DNA of 64,000 nt from Antedon mediterranea (Eukaryota > Animalia > Echinodermata): positions 24,115,648 to 24,179,647 of the forward strand of contig NC_092673.1 of assembly GCF_964355755.1 (NCBI RefSeq), in the 5' to 3' direction. Every line of letters begins with the position of its first letter. Position 1 is the stretch's first letter. The notes below the pieces were generated by a model. The model was not told where the DNA came from and made no database searches. It saw nothing but the letters and a program-made list of their open reading frames with translations. Below, piece by piece: positions 1-12,396 of this stretch. Made by a program: the position numbers and the translations under genes.

Positions 1-105
1 CTATGCAAAAGAGAGTTTTCAGCAACTGTTTGAAGATGTTCAATTTCTTAAATTATGGGCGAGAATATTTATTAATTAAGAATGTGTTTTTGTCTGCTTT
101 TCTAG

Positions 106-3100
106 TTCCGCAATTATGAAGCTCTCCGTCGAGAGCATGACGCTCAGATTGTCCAGATTGCGATGGAAGCTGGACTGCGTATTTCACCAGAACAATGGTC
201 ATCTCTCCTGTATGGAGACTTAAATCACAAGTCACACATGCAGTCTATAATAGATAAGGTAAAGCTCTGTCTGTACTATCAAACTTTATGTGTCTATATA
301 TGGACATGATGTCATATCAGTACCATGTTTGGGCATATCACTACCATATTTGGGCACATTAAATTTTTTTTTTTCAAACTAGTTTGATAGTGTAGACAGA
401 GCTTTAGATTGTTTACAATGAACACTGCTTTTATTTGTTATGCTTTTAATCACTCTAGCTCATCACTAAAACTGCATGTTTGATCATGTCAGGAATTTAC
501 ACAATTAAGATATTTATTATAAATTCATTAAAACCCCTACTAAGGGGACATCTTTAGGACCCAACACTGTCTTTTTAATAGGAAATTTTATGGAAATGGT
601 GTTGGCAAGTGTTGCCTGAATAGTAGGATTTCTACTATAGAAAAAGAAAAAAATACATTATTTAAACAAAATAATAGAGTGGCTGAGTAGTTTTGTGCCC
701 TATAAACTTGTCCATCCGGCTGGGTTCGAGTTGCAGACTTGATGTAGTAGTAGAACAATTATTTAAAAACTTTTTAGAGGACTAATTTTAGAGGAAATAT
801 TAACCTGTGAGCCGACAATTTTGTTAAATTATGGGATTTCCAACTTTTTTGGACTTTTTTTCTATAAAATCATTGTACTTTTAACCCAAATGAATTCTTT
901 ATCACAAGGTAATGACCTTCTGCCGAACACATAGAAACAAGAACATTATGCATTTTCATAATTAAACCTTTTCTTTTACAGCTACAGACACCTGCTTCAT
1001 TTTCCTCAAGCATCAATGAGTTGACAATAGCATTACAGCGTTCAGGGGATCCAGGCAACTTGAAATTACTACAACAACACCTGGAATACCTGGCAGAGAT
1101 TGATGGTAGCACAGGTATGCAAATCACAATTTTCTTGTTCAAATCAAGTATACTTACATTTTGGCCATGATTTCTGGCGATGCAGTAGACACCTGTACTG
1201 TACACCTAAAAAAATTGATCACTGTTCGTAAAATAATGGAAATGCTGTATGAAATGTGAAGCCAAGTGGTTTTGAGGTTTTCGGTAATTTAAAGATTCTT
1301 AGTTAGTCCTATATTACTATTTTATTGTTTTAATCATGCCTCAATAAAAGTTTGAATTCAATTCAATAGAACTTTATTATCCCGCAAACCCCAGGGAAAT
1401 TCATTTGGTTGTGGTGATACAGTTTCATAAAAACAACTAAAAAGGCAAGAGCACTATAATCATAATAAAAATCTAAAATGTGTTAAAAAACACAGAGAGA
1501 AACAAATAGCACACAAGTAAATTCAGGTTTATAAGTTCCAATGATCAATAAAAAGTGTATAAAAAAAGTTAAAAGATTCAGTGAAAAACGATGAGCAGTT
1601 TGTCACGACAACCTTGTCGCCACACGTGCAGCGCCATAAGCTGCCAATGTAATTTATTTTAATGAATATTTAGTGAAAAATAATAGGTATAGTATAATAT
1701 ATTGTTCATTATTTTGTGTTACTATTTTTGTTTAAAGAGAGCAGTGTGCCTTCCTGGGAAGAGTGTGAACATGCAATGAGTGCTGTCAAGTTGATTGTTC
1801 AGGGCTTTGTAGATTTTGCACAGAATTTTAGTCACACAAGAAAAACAATCAACCAACAGGTAAATAATGATGCTGATTGATACTGATTAGGTTTTTAGTT
1901 AGTTTAGTCGATACTCGTTTGGCCCATTTAGACTTAGGCTAACCCTTGTGGTTGTTGAACTGGTAGGGCAGAGCCAGATACAGTTGTTTCTATCTCTGAA
2001 AGATGCACTGATTGCACCGCACATGAGTTAGATCTGTACAATGGACTTCCAGTTGGATACATTGATCTAAAGTTGGGGAAGATGGGTGAACTGGACCTCC
2101 CTTTAATTCATAAAATGTGACTTATTCTAACAACAGAATTCTAGGCTTTGTATTTTGAAAATGTTTTTTTATATTCTATATATAGACTCCAAACGTTACA
2201 TTTAAAACGACCATGTGTCGAGACATTCAAAAGGGAGGCTGCCCTCGAGGTTCAAACTGCACGTTTGCTCATTCCGATAGAGAGAGAAAAGAGTAAGTAC
2301 TTTTGATTATAAATATGGTCGAGTATTTATTGGTTTGAAGTGTGAGGTATGATTTGAAGATGGTAATTGGTCAAATATTATTTCAGACATCGTGCAGAAA
2401 GTCGTAGGCTAATGCAGACAATGACGAGACAGACAAGTCAAACAAGTATTGGTGAAAAAATTGAAAAGAAGTCATTAGTGTCACGTGGACTAGGTCATCC
2501 AATTAGAACACCATCACCAAATCCAGTATCAGGATTGCCTAATATGGAAAGGTTAGAAGTTGGGTTTGTGTTTATAGAAGTTAAAATTTAGAGAATGTAT
2601 TACAACATCGTTGTTTTTGTGTTGAATTGATTGCACTAGTGGTGTTTATGGATTATACCATTTATGGATCAGGTGATTCCTTTTTATTTGCTGTTTATCC
2701 AGATAAATGCTGCACCACTCAGATTCCCTCTTTTTTTAGACAGGGGTACATTACCAAGGAAATTTTAACTACTATAAATTGTAACGAATGTTATATTTTT
2801 ATCAGGGAAACAATTTCTCCACACGATATGTCAAAACATCCTACAGCTATTGGACGTCATGAAGAACGCCATTCACCAAGTAATGTGGACGACAGTACAG
2901 CCCAATTATATGCACATAAGGTTCAGCAAGAAAGCCGAAGGAGTGAAGGTGTAGCCAGAGCATATGGACACCATCTGCATGATGAACCGCCTTTAGCAAG
3001 AATGTTCCATCAAGAACATCAAAGCCAGAAGGAGGAAGAGGAGGAAGCTAGGCTGTATGGACATGGCAGATATCCTCCGCCTCATGCTATGTACCAATAT

Positions 3101-6100
3101 GAAGGCAAGTACTGTATATATATATATATGTAACACAAGGCTTAAATGCATTTTTTATGTATTTCTTATGTGTTGCCAGGTAAATAGTTGCAGTGTTCAA
3201 AATACAAATTTGTTTAAATTGTATAAATGAATATTCATTTACTAGAGAAAGGCAAACTTAAGTGTATGTTCCAACCAACATATTATAGGTTTGTATTACA
3301 AGTGCAATTATATATTGAATAACTTGACACTTTCCTTTACAAAGGAAGTGATGGCCAGTTGCGCATGCAAGATTCGATTTAATTGGTTGATTTGGTTGAT
3401 GATGCATAACTTGTTTTTATCATAACTAAATTTAAATTTCAGTGGTTTTTGTTTTGGTTTTTTTACATCACCCATCATTCTACTTTTAAAACATTCCTTT
3501 TCAGATCCATACTATTACGAAGCATATTCCCATCAAGGCTTTAGATATCCAGGGATGAAAAGGAGCTCTCCACCTTACAGTTCATCAAAATCTACCTCTG
3601 GTCACCCTGTATCAGACATGTATTCACCTGTACAAGGCCAACAGCACCCAGGCCCCTATAGACAATTAAAAGCTAGGCCGTACGAGGCCTACGAAACTTA
3701 CCCAAAGCATGAAAAAAGTAACTATTTACCATGGTTCAGAGAGCCACCTGACCATCCAATTGACTATCAATACTCGTCGCATGAGGGTAGCAGAAAACGG
3801 CAACCGTACCCGATTGAGCGTAATGGTGGGTACGGTGGTTATCCACCTCCTCAGCCAGTACTACCTAAAAGAGGCTGGGAGCAGCATATATATGGCAGAA
3901 GGACTGCTGATGTTGCAGACCACCCAGATGCGTATTCGTCACCAGTGGCACGACAGTATTCAAGGGATAAGATGGTAGAAAGTCTACGTTTTACCGAGAA
4001 TGAAATGGAATGCAGACGAGACGAAAATAAGGATGTTTTACAAAACGATACTGTAGACAAGAATAAGGAAATGACAGATGTTTCAGCTCAGAATTATAAT
4101 GTAAGTTTTTATATTATATTGCGATTATTATATATTACATAATTATCAAGTTATCGTAACATTTGAAATTAACACATTAAAATGAACATTCATAGGAATT
4201 TATTGCTGAACAATTTTCACTTCCAATTTCAAATTCAAAGTTTTATTATTAATTTATCCAGCATATAATATTCTATATACATGTATTTGGTAATAAAGAC
4301 AATTTCTTTCACAAAATATTTATTTCATTGCTTGCACCTGATCGAATATAAAATCTTCAGTAAAATTAGGATTTATTTAATTCTCTGTTTGGTTATTAAT
4401 ATTTAGTATTACAGTACAGTAACTGTTTAATTTATTTATCATTTTGTTTTTAATTATTAGTTGCCATCTATAGGTGTAATAACACATTTGGTAAGATCCA
4501 AAATGAAAGCCGCCTCTATTAATTTCATGTTTCCCCCCCCCCCCCCCCCCCACCCAACTAAGCACAGCACACCTCTATACCTTTCAATTGTAAATCATCT
4601 TTTTTATTTTATTTTTCCTTTTTTTCTTATAAGCATGCTTTTCATTATATTTTTATTTCTTTTTAACACAAAATAATATTTTTTGTCAACCTATTTCTAT
4701 TCTTGTGTGATAAAAAAAAAAATCTTAATTTAGATATTAAAAGTTTTCAATATGCTCAGTTTTATATTCTAAAATGTCTTTAAATCCTAGACAAATTTTT
4801 ATTAATTTTAATCATGCAGTAAATATCACTTGGTTTACAAATACTGTACACTATTGTTTTACTTTATTTTAGAAAATAACACAGCACAACACCAACTTAG
4901 GCTACATAATAATATATTATAGAATTATATTGTATAAGATGATTTTAAAGACAAATTTTATGACACAATTTGTTGTTTAATTAAGGTTCCAAGTATCAAT
5001 CAGCTGAATGAGAGAGAAGCCAAGCTTATTGATCTTCTTACCGAAATGTCACCAAACGTACCACCAAACACAATATTTGATGACCCAGAAAATTTCTACC
5101 ACTCTGTCAGAATGCCCCGTATGGCTGAAAATAAACGACCGCAATATAAGGAAGATTTCACACGGTTCTACCGGCAAGATTCATCAAATGATACTTATTC
5201 ATCAAAACTTTTGGGTAACAATCGCTTAAGCATATCGTCGATTACCGATGATCAACCGGTTTATGAAATGTTCCCAGCTAACAAGGAAGTGTGCACAAAA
5301 CTAACGCCAACACTCAGTAAAACGCATATACGACATGTTTCTACACGAGCAGAAAAACAGGCGCATGCATACCACGATTTTAATGATTTGGAGAACTTAT
5401 CATTGAAAGATGTAGACGAACAACCGGATACGTTTTTGTCGGGTCTCGATAATCATAAAGAGTTATCACCGCTTGTTATTTCAACAACAAATTTATCATC
5501 TGAAAGATCAGCGCTCCTGAACTCGCCTGTAGAAAATGTTTTTCCTTTAGGTTTCGGGCCGATTTCTCGTTCATGTCGTACGTCTAGTAAAATATCTAAT
5601 CCGGTTCAAGTGAATGCAGGAAAGGCTGGTTTTACAATACCGGTAAAATTGAACTTAGACTGCCATACTGCACCAGCTCTTCAGGAACCATCTGGCTACT
5701 ACAGCGGCTTCCATTCTCCATGGTCCAATGAATTTTCAACATTGTCATGGGGTATAGGTGAAAGGTTTGTGATTTTTTACATTTTTATTTATTCAGATTT
5801 CTGTACAAAACAAAAGGAAAGGAGGAGAAAAACCTAACAAGTGCTAAGTAATTTCTAATTAGAAAATTGTTGCAAATTTCAATGGATTATTCTACAGTCA
5901 GATCTCTGTATACCGGACGTTGTAAAAACTGGAGACTCTCCCAATAACAGACTTTTCTTGAAGTCCAAACATTCCCAAATTCATTTTTACCATTTAAAAT
6001 GCATTCCGAATACCATAATTTCCACAAAACCATCATATTTTGCCAGCCCATAGATTTCTGGTATTGACTGTATTACGTATTCAATACATAATAACTATTA

Positions 6101-7722
6101 TTAGCTTCGTGAGGTGGTTTTCCGAATGATCGTAAAATAAAAACGGTACTGGGTATGACCAACTAGCGTTATTGTCACCGACTAGTCATCCATTCATAGA
6201 AGTACTGATGTAGTAGCCTACCTGTACGGTGACCATAGAATGTGACCCGAGGCATGACTAACTACGACTTTTAGTTTATAGAAGATTGAAAAAATTGTTA
6301 AGAAGAGTTGTACTGTATGTGGATGTTTAATGAAATTATGTCAATAATGTTTACACACTAGGCATATAAATAGTAATGTTTGTTAGTAAAAATAATTTTG
6401 AGTTAATAAGAATAAGATATAAGGAAGAAAAGCAAAGAGACTATGGAGCGGCTATTCCTGAATATACAATACTAAGTATCGTAGATTTAAATTATAAATT
6501 TTAGGCGATCTTGTCAAAGGTCAACCGCCTATAGCCTGCCACGTTTCGATATTCAATATTGAACTTTACCTCATCTCAATGGTGTTTTTAGTTTTTACAT
6601 TAGTACTAGGTTGAAGCGAGTGACCGAGCGGTTAGGACAGTGGAACCATTTAATATCCATAGAGCATCTGTCTACACTATCAAACTAGTTTGACAAAAAA
6701 ACTGTAATGTGCTCAATATGGTAGTGATATGCCCAAATATGGTAGTGATATGACATCATCATGTCCATATATGGGCATAAAGTTTGATAGTGTAGACAGA
6801 GCTTAATATATTATGTTGATTTATTTACCTATAAAAGATTGCCTTCTTTGGTGAATAGTGGAGAAAATGAGGAGGAACAGAAAAGAAAAATCAAGGAAGA
6901 ATTAAAATTTGTACAAAATCAGATACAATGTAGAAAGGTAAGTGTGTGTTCTTCATGATACCATCAACAATAAAAAGTGGTTGTTTATGATGTACTTAAT
7001 TAATCAATTCCATTTGTTGAAAAAAATAAATTCAAGCCATAAAATGTATGGAAGCTTATACTTGTACATTACTGCAGCAACTTCAGTAGATTAATTTTTA
7101 CATGATCCCTTAATGATTTAAAATAAAATACAATATTTAAACAATAATTATGATTGTTTTTTAAAAGGATGCTACAGACATTCAATTAGTAGAACGTGAA
7201 TGTAAAGCAATCGCTGAGCATGATATCTCGTGCAAGACAGATTCCAAATTGATGGATAGTGAAGCGTCACCACGAGACACGTCTATGCATGTGCTGATGG
7301 AGGAGCATTTGAAATTGACACCTGAAGCAAAGGTATGGTGAATAATAATTACCACATTTCTATAGCACCCTTTTCATAAATAATCATGCTCAAAGGCGCT
7401 TTATAACACATTGTTAATCATCACGTATGGAAACATACTCCCATAATGCAGCTCGTAATCAGTGCAAAGTTGTGTCTTGATCTAACTGGGTTCCCATTTT
7501 ATACACCTGGGTGGAGAGAGGCAAACTTAAGTAAAGTGTCTTGCCTAAGGATACAAGCAATGTGGTAAGTTAGATTTGAATCACGATCTCACGATCAGTA
7601 GGCCGACGTGCAATACACTGCGTCACATACTCCCACAAATGTTTTGTTTTCTCTTATAGGACAACTTAGTTTGGGCTAAACACTGTTTTGGGAGAAGCCA
7701 AGCAAATTCAGATGGAAATTAA
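106..7722 (+). CDS. RC3H1: Roquin (RC3H1/RC3H2-like) RNA-binding protein, 3' part; the 5' exons lie upstream of the window
   Basis: Exons 106-258, 982-1114, 1738-1859, 2186-2292, 2387-2551, 2806-3104, 3505-4100, 4986-5764, 6838-6937, 7168-7332 and 7660-7722 splice in frame. They translate to [49 protein letters not shown]|[19 protein letters not shown] (Roquin ROQ/HEPN-C), [24 protein letters not shown] (CCCH finger), a Pro/Tyr/His-rich region and a coiled-coil-like [20 protein letters not shown]. Probably a single co-orthologue of RC3H1/RC3H2. Confidence 0.95.
263..403. mobile_element. MITE family A (Tourist/PIF-Harbinger-like)
   Basis: TIR AGCTCTGTCT(A)CACTATCAAACT...AGTTTGATAGTGTAGACAGAGCT with TWA flanks. 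Further copies at about 6663-6803, 9405-9517, 11676-11811, 11895-12034, 14044-14162, 15700-15760, 30530-30825, 40020-40163, 43300-43418 and 55853-56002. Confidence 0.85.
5894..6070. mobile_element. Tc1/mariner-type MITE
   Basis: TA-CAGTC...GACTG-TA termini. Confidence 0.5.
6663..6803. mobile_element. MITE family A copy
   Basis: Same TIRs and internal GGTAGTGATATGCCCAAATAT repeats as 263-403. Confidence 0.8.
7345..7636 (-). mobile_element. tRNA-derived SINE (CORE/MIR-like)
   Basis: Degenerate tRNA head at the right end, central TACACCTGGGTGGAGAGAGGCAA..GTAAAGTGTCTTGCC block, and a simple-repeat tail at the left end. Confidence 0.6.
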
Positions 7723-8184
7723 AGGATGTTTTTTATGAAGATTTGAGTATGTTGACAGCAATGGCAGTCAAGCAAGAACTTAGAAAAGCTCATCATTTTG
7801 GTATTATTAATTTTTTTAATAAAGTGTTATAATATAATTCACTTTTCACTTAATTAACATGTATAATTTGAATACATTGTTCCGACTAAGAATGTTCCAC
7901 AGTAGTAGGCAATCCTGCAAAAACAGATATAATTTTTATTAATTATTTATCCTCGCATTAAAACTTATGAAACAGAATTTATATATATTTTTCAAATATT
8001 GAATATTTATTTATATATATTTTGTTTCCCACTAGGAATAAAAGGAAATTTAATTCCGTTTTTAAATCATATTTTGTATGTCTTTATAAGACATAGTGGC
8101 CATTAAATAAATAATGTTACTGTATACTGTGACACTTAAATTTAACTAGTACTGTACTAATTTTTATCAAGTATAAATTAATAA

Positions 8185-8197
8185 TATTCTATGAATA
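8185..8197 (+). promoter_or_regulatory. Second CDE-like stem-loop
   Basis: TATTC-TAT-GAATA, 5-bp stem with the UCUAUGA core, about 460 nt after the Roquin stop. Confidence 0.45.
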
Positions 8198-9810
8198 ATT
8201 TTTATAAAATTTACATATTATTCAAAAAGTTCTTTTCTTTTTATAAATGAGGAAACTTATTTCCAATTTAATGTTGGAATTATTTTGATGATATTGCAGC
8301 TTTATTTCATTGTCTTTCAATGACTAAATATTTCGTTTTTTTTGTTTCCCGAAACATTTGTTTTCCCATTTACAAATTAATGTGACCGTAATATTATTGT
8401 TGTTTATGAGAATGAAAAAGAGAATTTATATAATTTTTGCTTTTACAATTTGCTGTGTACAGTCGTAGTAATTTGCTATTGTGTTTGAACAAATTTCAGA
8501 ATTCCAAAATATTATCTATCGTTATTATTGTTCTTTACTATTAGAACAAGATTATTATTACTACCTGCCATTATTATTTTTCATTTGCAGTTTGCTGTGT
8601 AGTAGTTTTAAGAATATTTTAAACAAATTTATTCAAATTTTCTGTCAGTTGTGACTAAATATATACAGTATGACAATGAAAAGGAGAATTCTATTATATT
8701 ATATATGATTTTTCATCTACAATTTACTTTGTTTTTATTTTTTAATACACATTACATAGGTTTCAATGTTATATTATAAGTATAATGAAGAGGTTTACAA
8801 ATCACTTGATAATGTATTGTCAGGTCTAGTTATGTGAACATTATGTGTTTTTATACATATTGAAAGATTATTAGGCCTAATTTTATATTAAAATGATATT
8901 GATTTTGAAAAAAAAAAATGTATTCAGAAGATGGAGATTATATCATAACAATGTTGCAGACTCGGAGACGTATCCTTCGTTGTGGTAAATGAAATATAAA
9001 CTACATTTTGATATCAATTTTTGACGGACTAATAATCATGTTAAAAATAAATCCTGGATCCGCCCCTTAGACTTGTATGTACACAACATAGCTCAATGTG
9101 TAAAGTAATTTGTCTTCAGTGATCACAGAATGAAATAGTCATTTTAATATTAAGACGATCTGCAAGCATTTGTTTGCAGTATCACCAATATTAAAATTGT
9201 GTGAGTTAATGTTGCCATATTTAGAAGCTACGTTCACACTGAGGCCGGATAAAAAATCATGAAATATAGTGTATTTTTTAAGCAACTCTTCACACTAACA
9301 CATTCTGGATACTGTTATTAGTTAAGTTCATATATACAAATATATTCATCTATATATTATAGTAGCACTCTATAGGGGTGTCTTGAAAAGTTATTTAAGC
9401 ACCGCTCTGGCTACACTATCAAAGTGTAATGTGCCCAAATATGGTAGTGATATGACATCATCATATGGGCACATCACATTTTTTTGTCACATAAAGTTTG
9501 ATAATGTAGACAGAGCTTTAGAATTGATGTTGTGGTGGTTGGTCCAAGTAGGTAAGAAATACACTAATTAATGGTGTTTAGAGTAAGTGTTCTATATTAA
9601 CTTTTTCTTGGGATATTTCCATAATAATATTTGGTTGTTAGACAACATAAAAGGTATAAGGAAGTGTTGACGGTACATGAGATACCAATGTTAAGTGAAT
9701 TATAACTCCAGTGATGGGAAATGAATTAATAAATATCAACAATAATATTTTTACAACACATATTATCCATTCAAGCCTGTAGCCAGGTGTTCGTAGGTTT
9801 CAGATGCTAG

Positions 9811-10007
9811 CAGTGGCGTAATGCAGAGGCCTGAGTTACCTGGTTTAGGAAACCGAATTGGCCCTCCAAGTTCCAGTGCAGGAGGCGTCTGGTAATTTTA
9901 GCCTCTTTTTTAGCATATTTTAATGCCTCTGGGTACTGCTCAGAGGCCCCCATAAGTTCTGGGGCCCCTGGGTTTAGCCAGTGAGCGCTCATAGCCATCA
10001 GCCACTG
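9811..10007 (+). mobile_element. hAT-type MITE (family D)
   Basis: CAGTGGC...GCCACTG termini with a perfect 8-bp TSD GATGCTAG (9803-9810 and 10008-10015). Relatives at 47153-47260 and 47822-48003. Confidence 0.85.
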
Positions 10008-10388
10008 GATGCTAGTATATCGACTTCATAACCTATTCTTACCAAACAAGTGGGAAAATTTCATCTACACTGAGGACTAAAAGAACCTTTCTTTTAGTAG
10101 ACACTGCCATCCTTTTCCTCCTAGTTCTTTGGCCTCCAGTCCCATATAGTTTTGGAGAAAAAGAACCCCTGTAACAATCCTGGCTATGGGCTTGCCATCT
10201 ATAAGATATAAATAGAAACACATTTTGTTTACAGTAACTAAATCATTTGAAAACATTTTACAAATGCAATTTATTATAATCATGATTGTGTAACTGTGCA
10301 TTCTAAATTAGAGTATGTCAAATAGCACATTATTTTATAACACTGTTGTCTAGTATAGCTGGAACTAGTATAGCTGACAATTTAACAT

Positions 10389-10409
10389 GCATTTTTCTAT
10401 GAAAAATGT
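10389..10409 (+). promoter_or_regulatory. Constitutive decay element (CDE)-type Roquin-binding stem-loop in the putative Roquin 3' UTR
   Basis: CATTTTTC-TAT-GAAAAATG: perfect 8-bp stem, Py-Pu-Py triloop, UCYRYGA core. The opposite strand would give an AUA loop, so it fits only the Roquin sense strand. Confidence 0.65.
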
Positions 10410-11675
10410 GCAGTTTAAAACTTTTTAATTTAAAAATTATGTGTTAAGTGTCTACCATTTTTATAATAGCAAACAACATATGCATTTAAATTTTCTTTTA
10501 AAAATAGTACTATACTTTTAGGAATAAGATTTATTATGTAATAGATATTCATATTTTCATCATGCATATTCATTGCCTCATTTCCCATCACTTTGTAACA
10601 GATCTATTTATGAGATCTTATGAGTATAGTTTGTAGAGTGAACTTTTATGATATTCAACATTATTCAGATTCAGGGCTTGTCACATTGGTTGTTGAATCC
10701 ATCTGAGGCAGTTGTCTCAGAATCTGTATTAAATATTTAATCAACACTTATTATCTAAAACTCTTTAGAAGGTTAATCCCTTTTCCTTATATCATACATG
10801 TTATACAAACATAATGTGTTTAGGATTTGTAATTATTTTAATTCAATACCCTGACCATTTGTAATGTAATTCTTCAATAAAACTGTTTGTTTGTGCCCTG
10901 AATTTGAATAATTGTTGAAAGGTGTTCATCATAAAATCTTTATAGAGACCACTTTTGATAAAAGGTTGTCATATATTTCCTGTTTATTGCTAAATTGTTG
11001 CAAGGGAAACTACTAAAGTATATAATAAAGTATGATTATCACTTAATACAAGGCAATGTTTTGTTTTATTATTCATTTATGTGTTTTTTGTTTATAACTG
11101 CCAGGAGGAACATTTGATACATCTGTTTCCTTTTAGGAATCTGGAAGATCACAAGATATGTATATAAATAAAGTAGGAAAGAATCTGATTTCAATATATG
11201 CAAAAAGAGTGAAATTACATTGAAAGCTATGAAGTGTAAAAACATTTTCACATCTGCAAAATGTAACAACTTGTAACCAGGTTTGCATAGTGTGAAGACA
11301 ATTTTGTGGGAAATCGCCTGGAAAACACCACAGATGAGAGGCCTGGTTTTGTTTCAATAAGTCCAGAGTTGTTACTGCACATGTGTATTGCCTTTGTATT
11401 AAACTGACCAATCATAGTATCAGTAATCAAGTAGCGTGCAACTATGCTTTCTCTCAAAACTTATAAAACGTTGGGAGGTCAAACTGGATTCACAACTAAC
11501 AATTTATGCAGATATGAATATGAGTATAAGATTCATTGTGAATGGAAGAAAGTGAAAGATTACATTGAATGCAGGAAAGAGTGAGATTATATGAAATGCA
11601 GGAAACAGTGAGATTATATGAAATGCAGGAAAAAGCAAGATTGCACTTCATAGCTCTGCTTTAATAGTAATCTTA

Positions 11676-12034
11676 AGCCTTGTCTACACTATCAAACTGT
11701 GTGACAAAAAAATATGATGTGTCCATATATGGACATGATGGTGTCATATCACTACCATATTTAAGTGTATCACTACCATATTTGGGCTAGTTTGATAGTG
11801 TGGACAGAGCTTTACCCTTCCTCGATTAGTGTTTATGTAATCTTACTCTTTCTTGCCTTCACAATGTACTCTTCCTTCTTGTGTTCTTCCCTTAAGCTCT
11901 GTCTACACTATCAAACGTTATGTGACAAAAAAATGTGATGTGCTCATATATGGTGATGATGATTTCATATCACTACCATATTTGGGCATATCACTACCAT
12001 ATTTGGGCACATCACATTTAGTATAGACAGAGCT
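11676..12034. mobile_element. Two adjacent MITE family A copies
   Basis: Copies at 11676-11811 and 11895-12034, each with the family TIRs. Confidence 0.8.
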
Positions 12035-12396
12035 TTACTTCTTGTGTTGGTTCAAATAAGCCATTCAAATATGAATAAAACAAATATAGATGCATTGTTT
12101 CACATTTATTTGCACAAAACACCATAAATACATTGGTAAAGTAGGAAAATACAATCTTTACTCCTCTTATACATGGTTTTTGAAAATACTCTTCAAACAA
12201 TGATAGAAACGTGTTGGTTATAGGCGGATCCAGGGGGATGAATACTTCAATAAGTTGGCAAGTTTATAAATTACAACATTTGAAATAAACTAGTTGGTAA
12301 CTAGTCTAACACTCAAAACATTTAACACCACAAAGTTCAAAATTAAATAAGCTTTCGTAAAAGCGAGTTTTTTTAGGAGTTTCTAACTGATGAATC

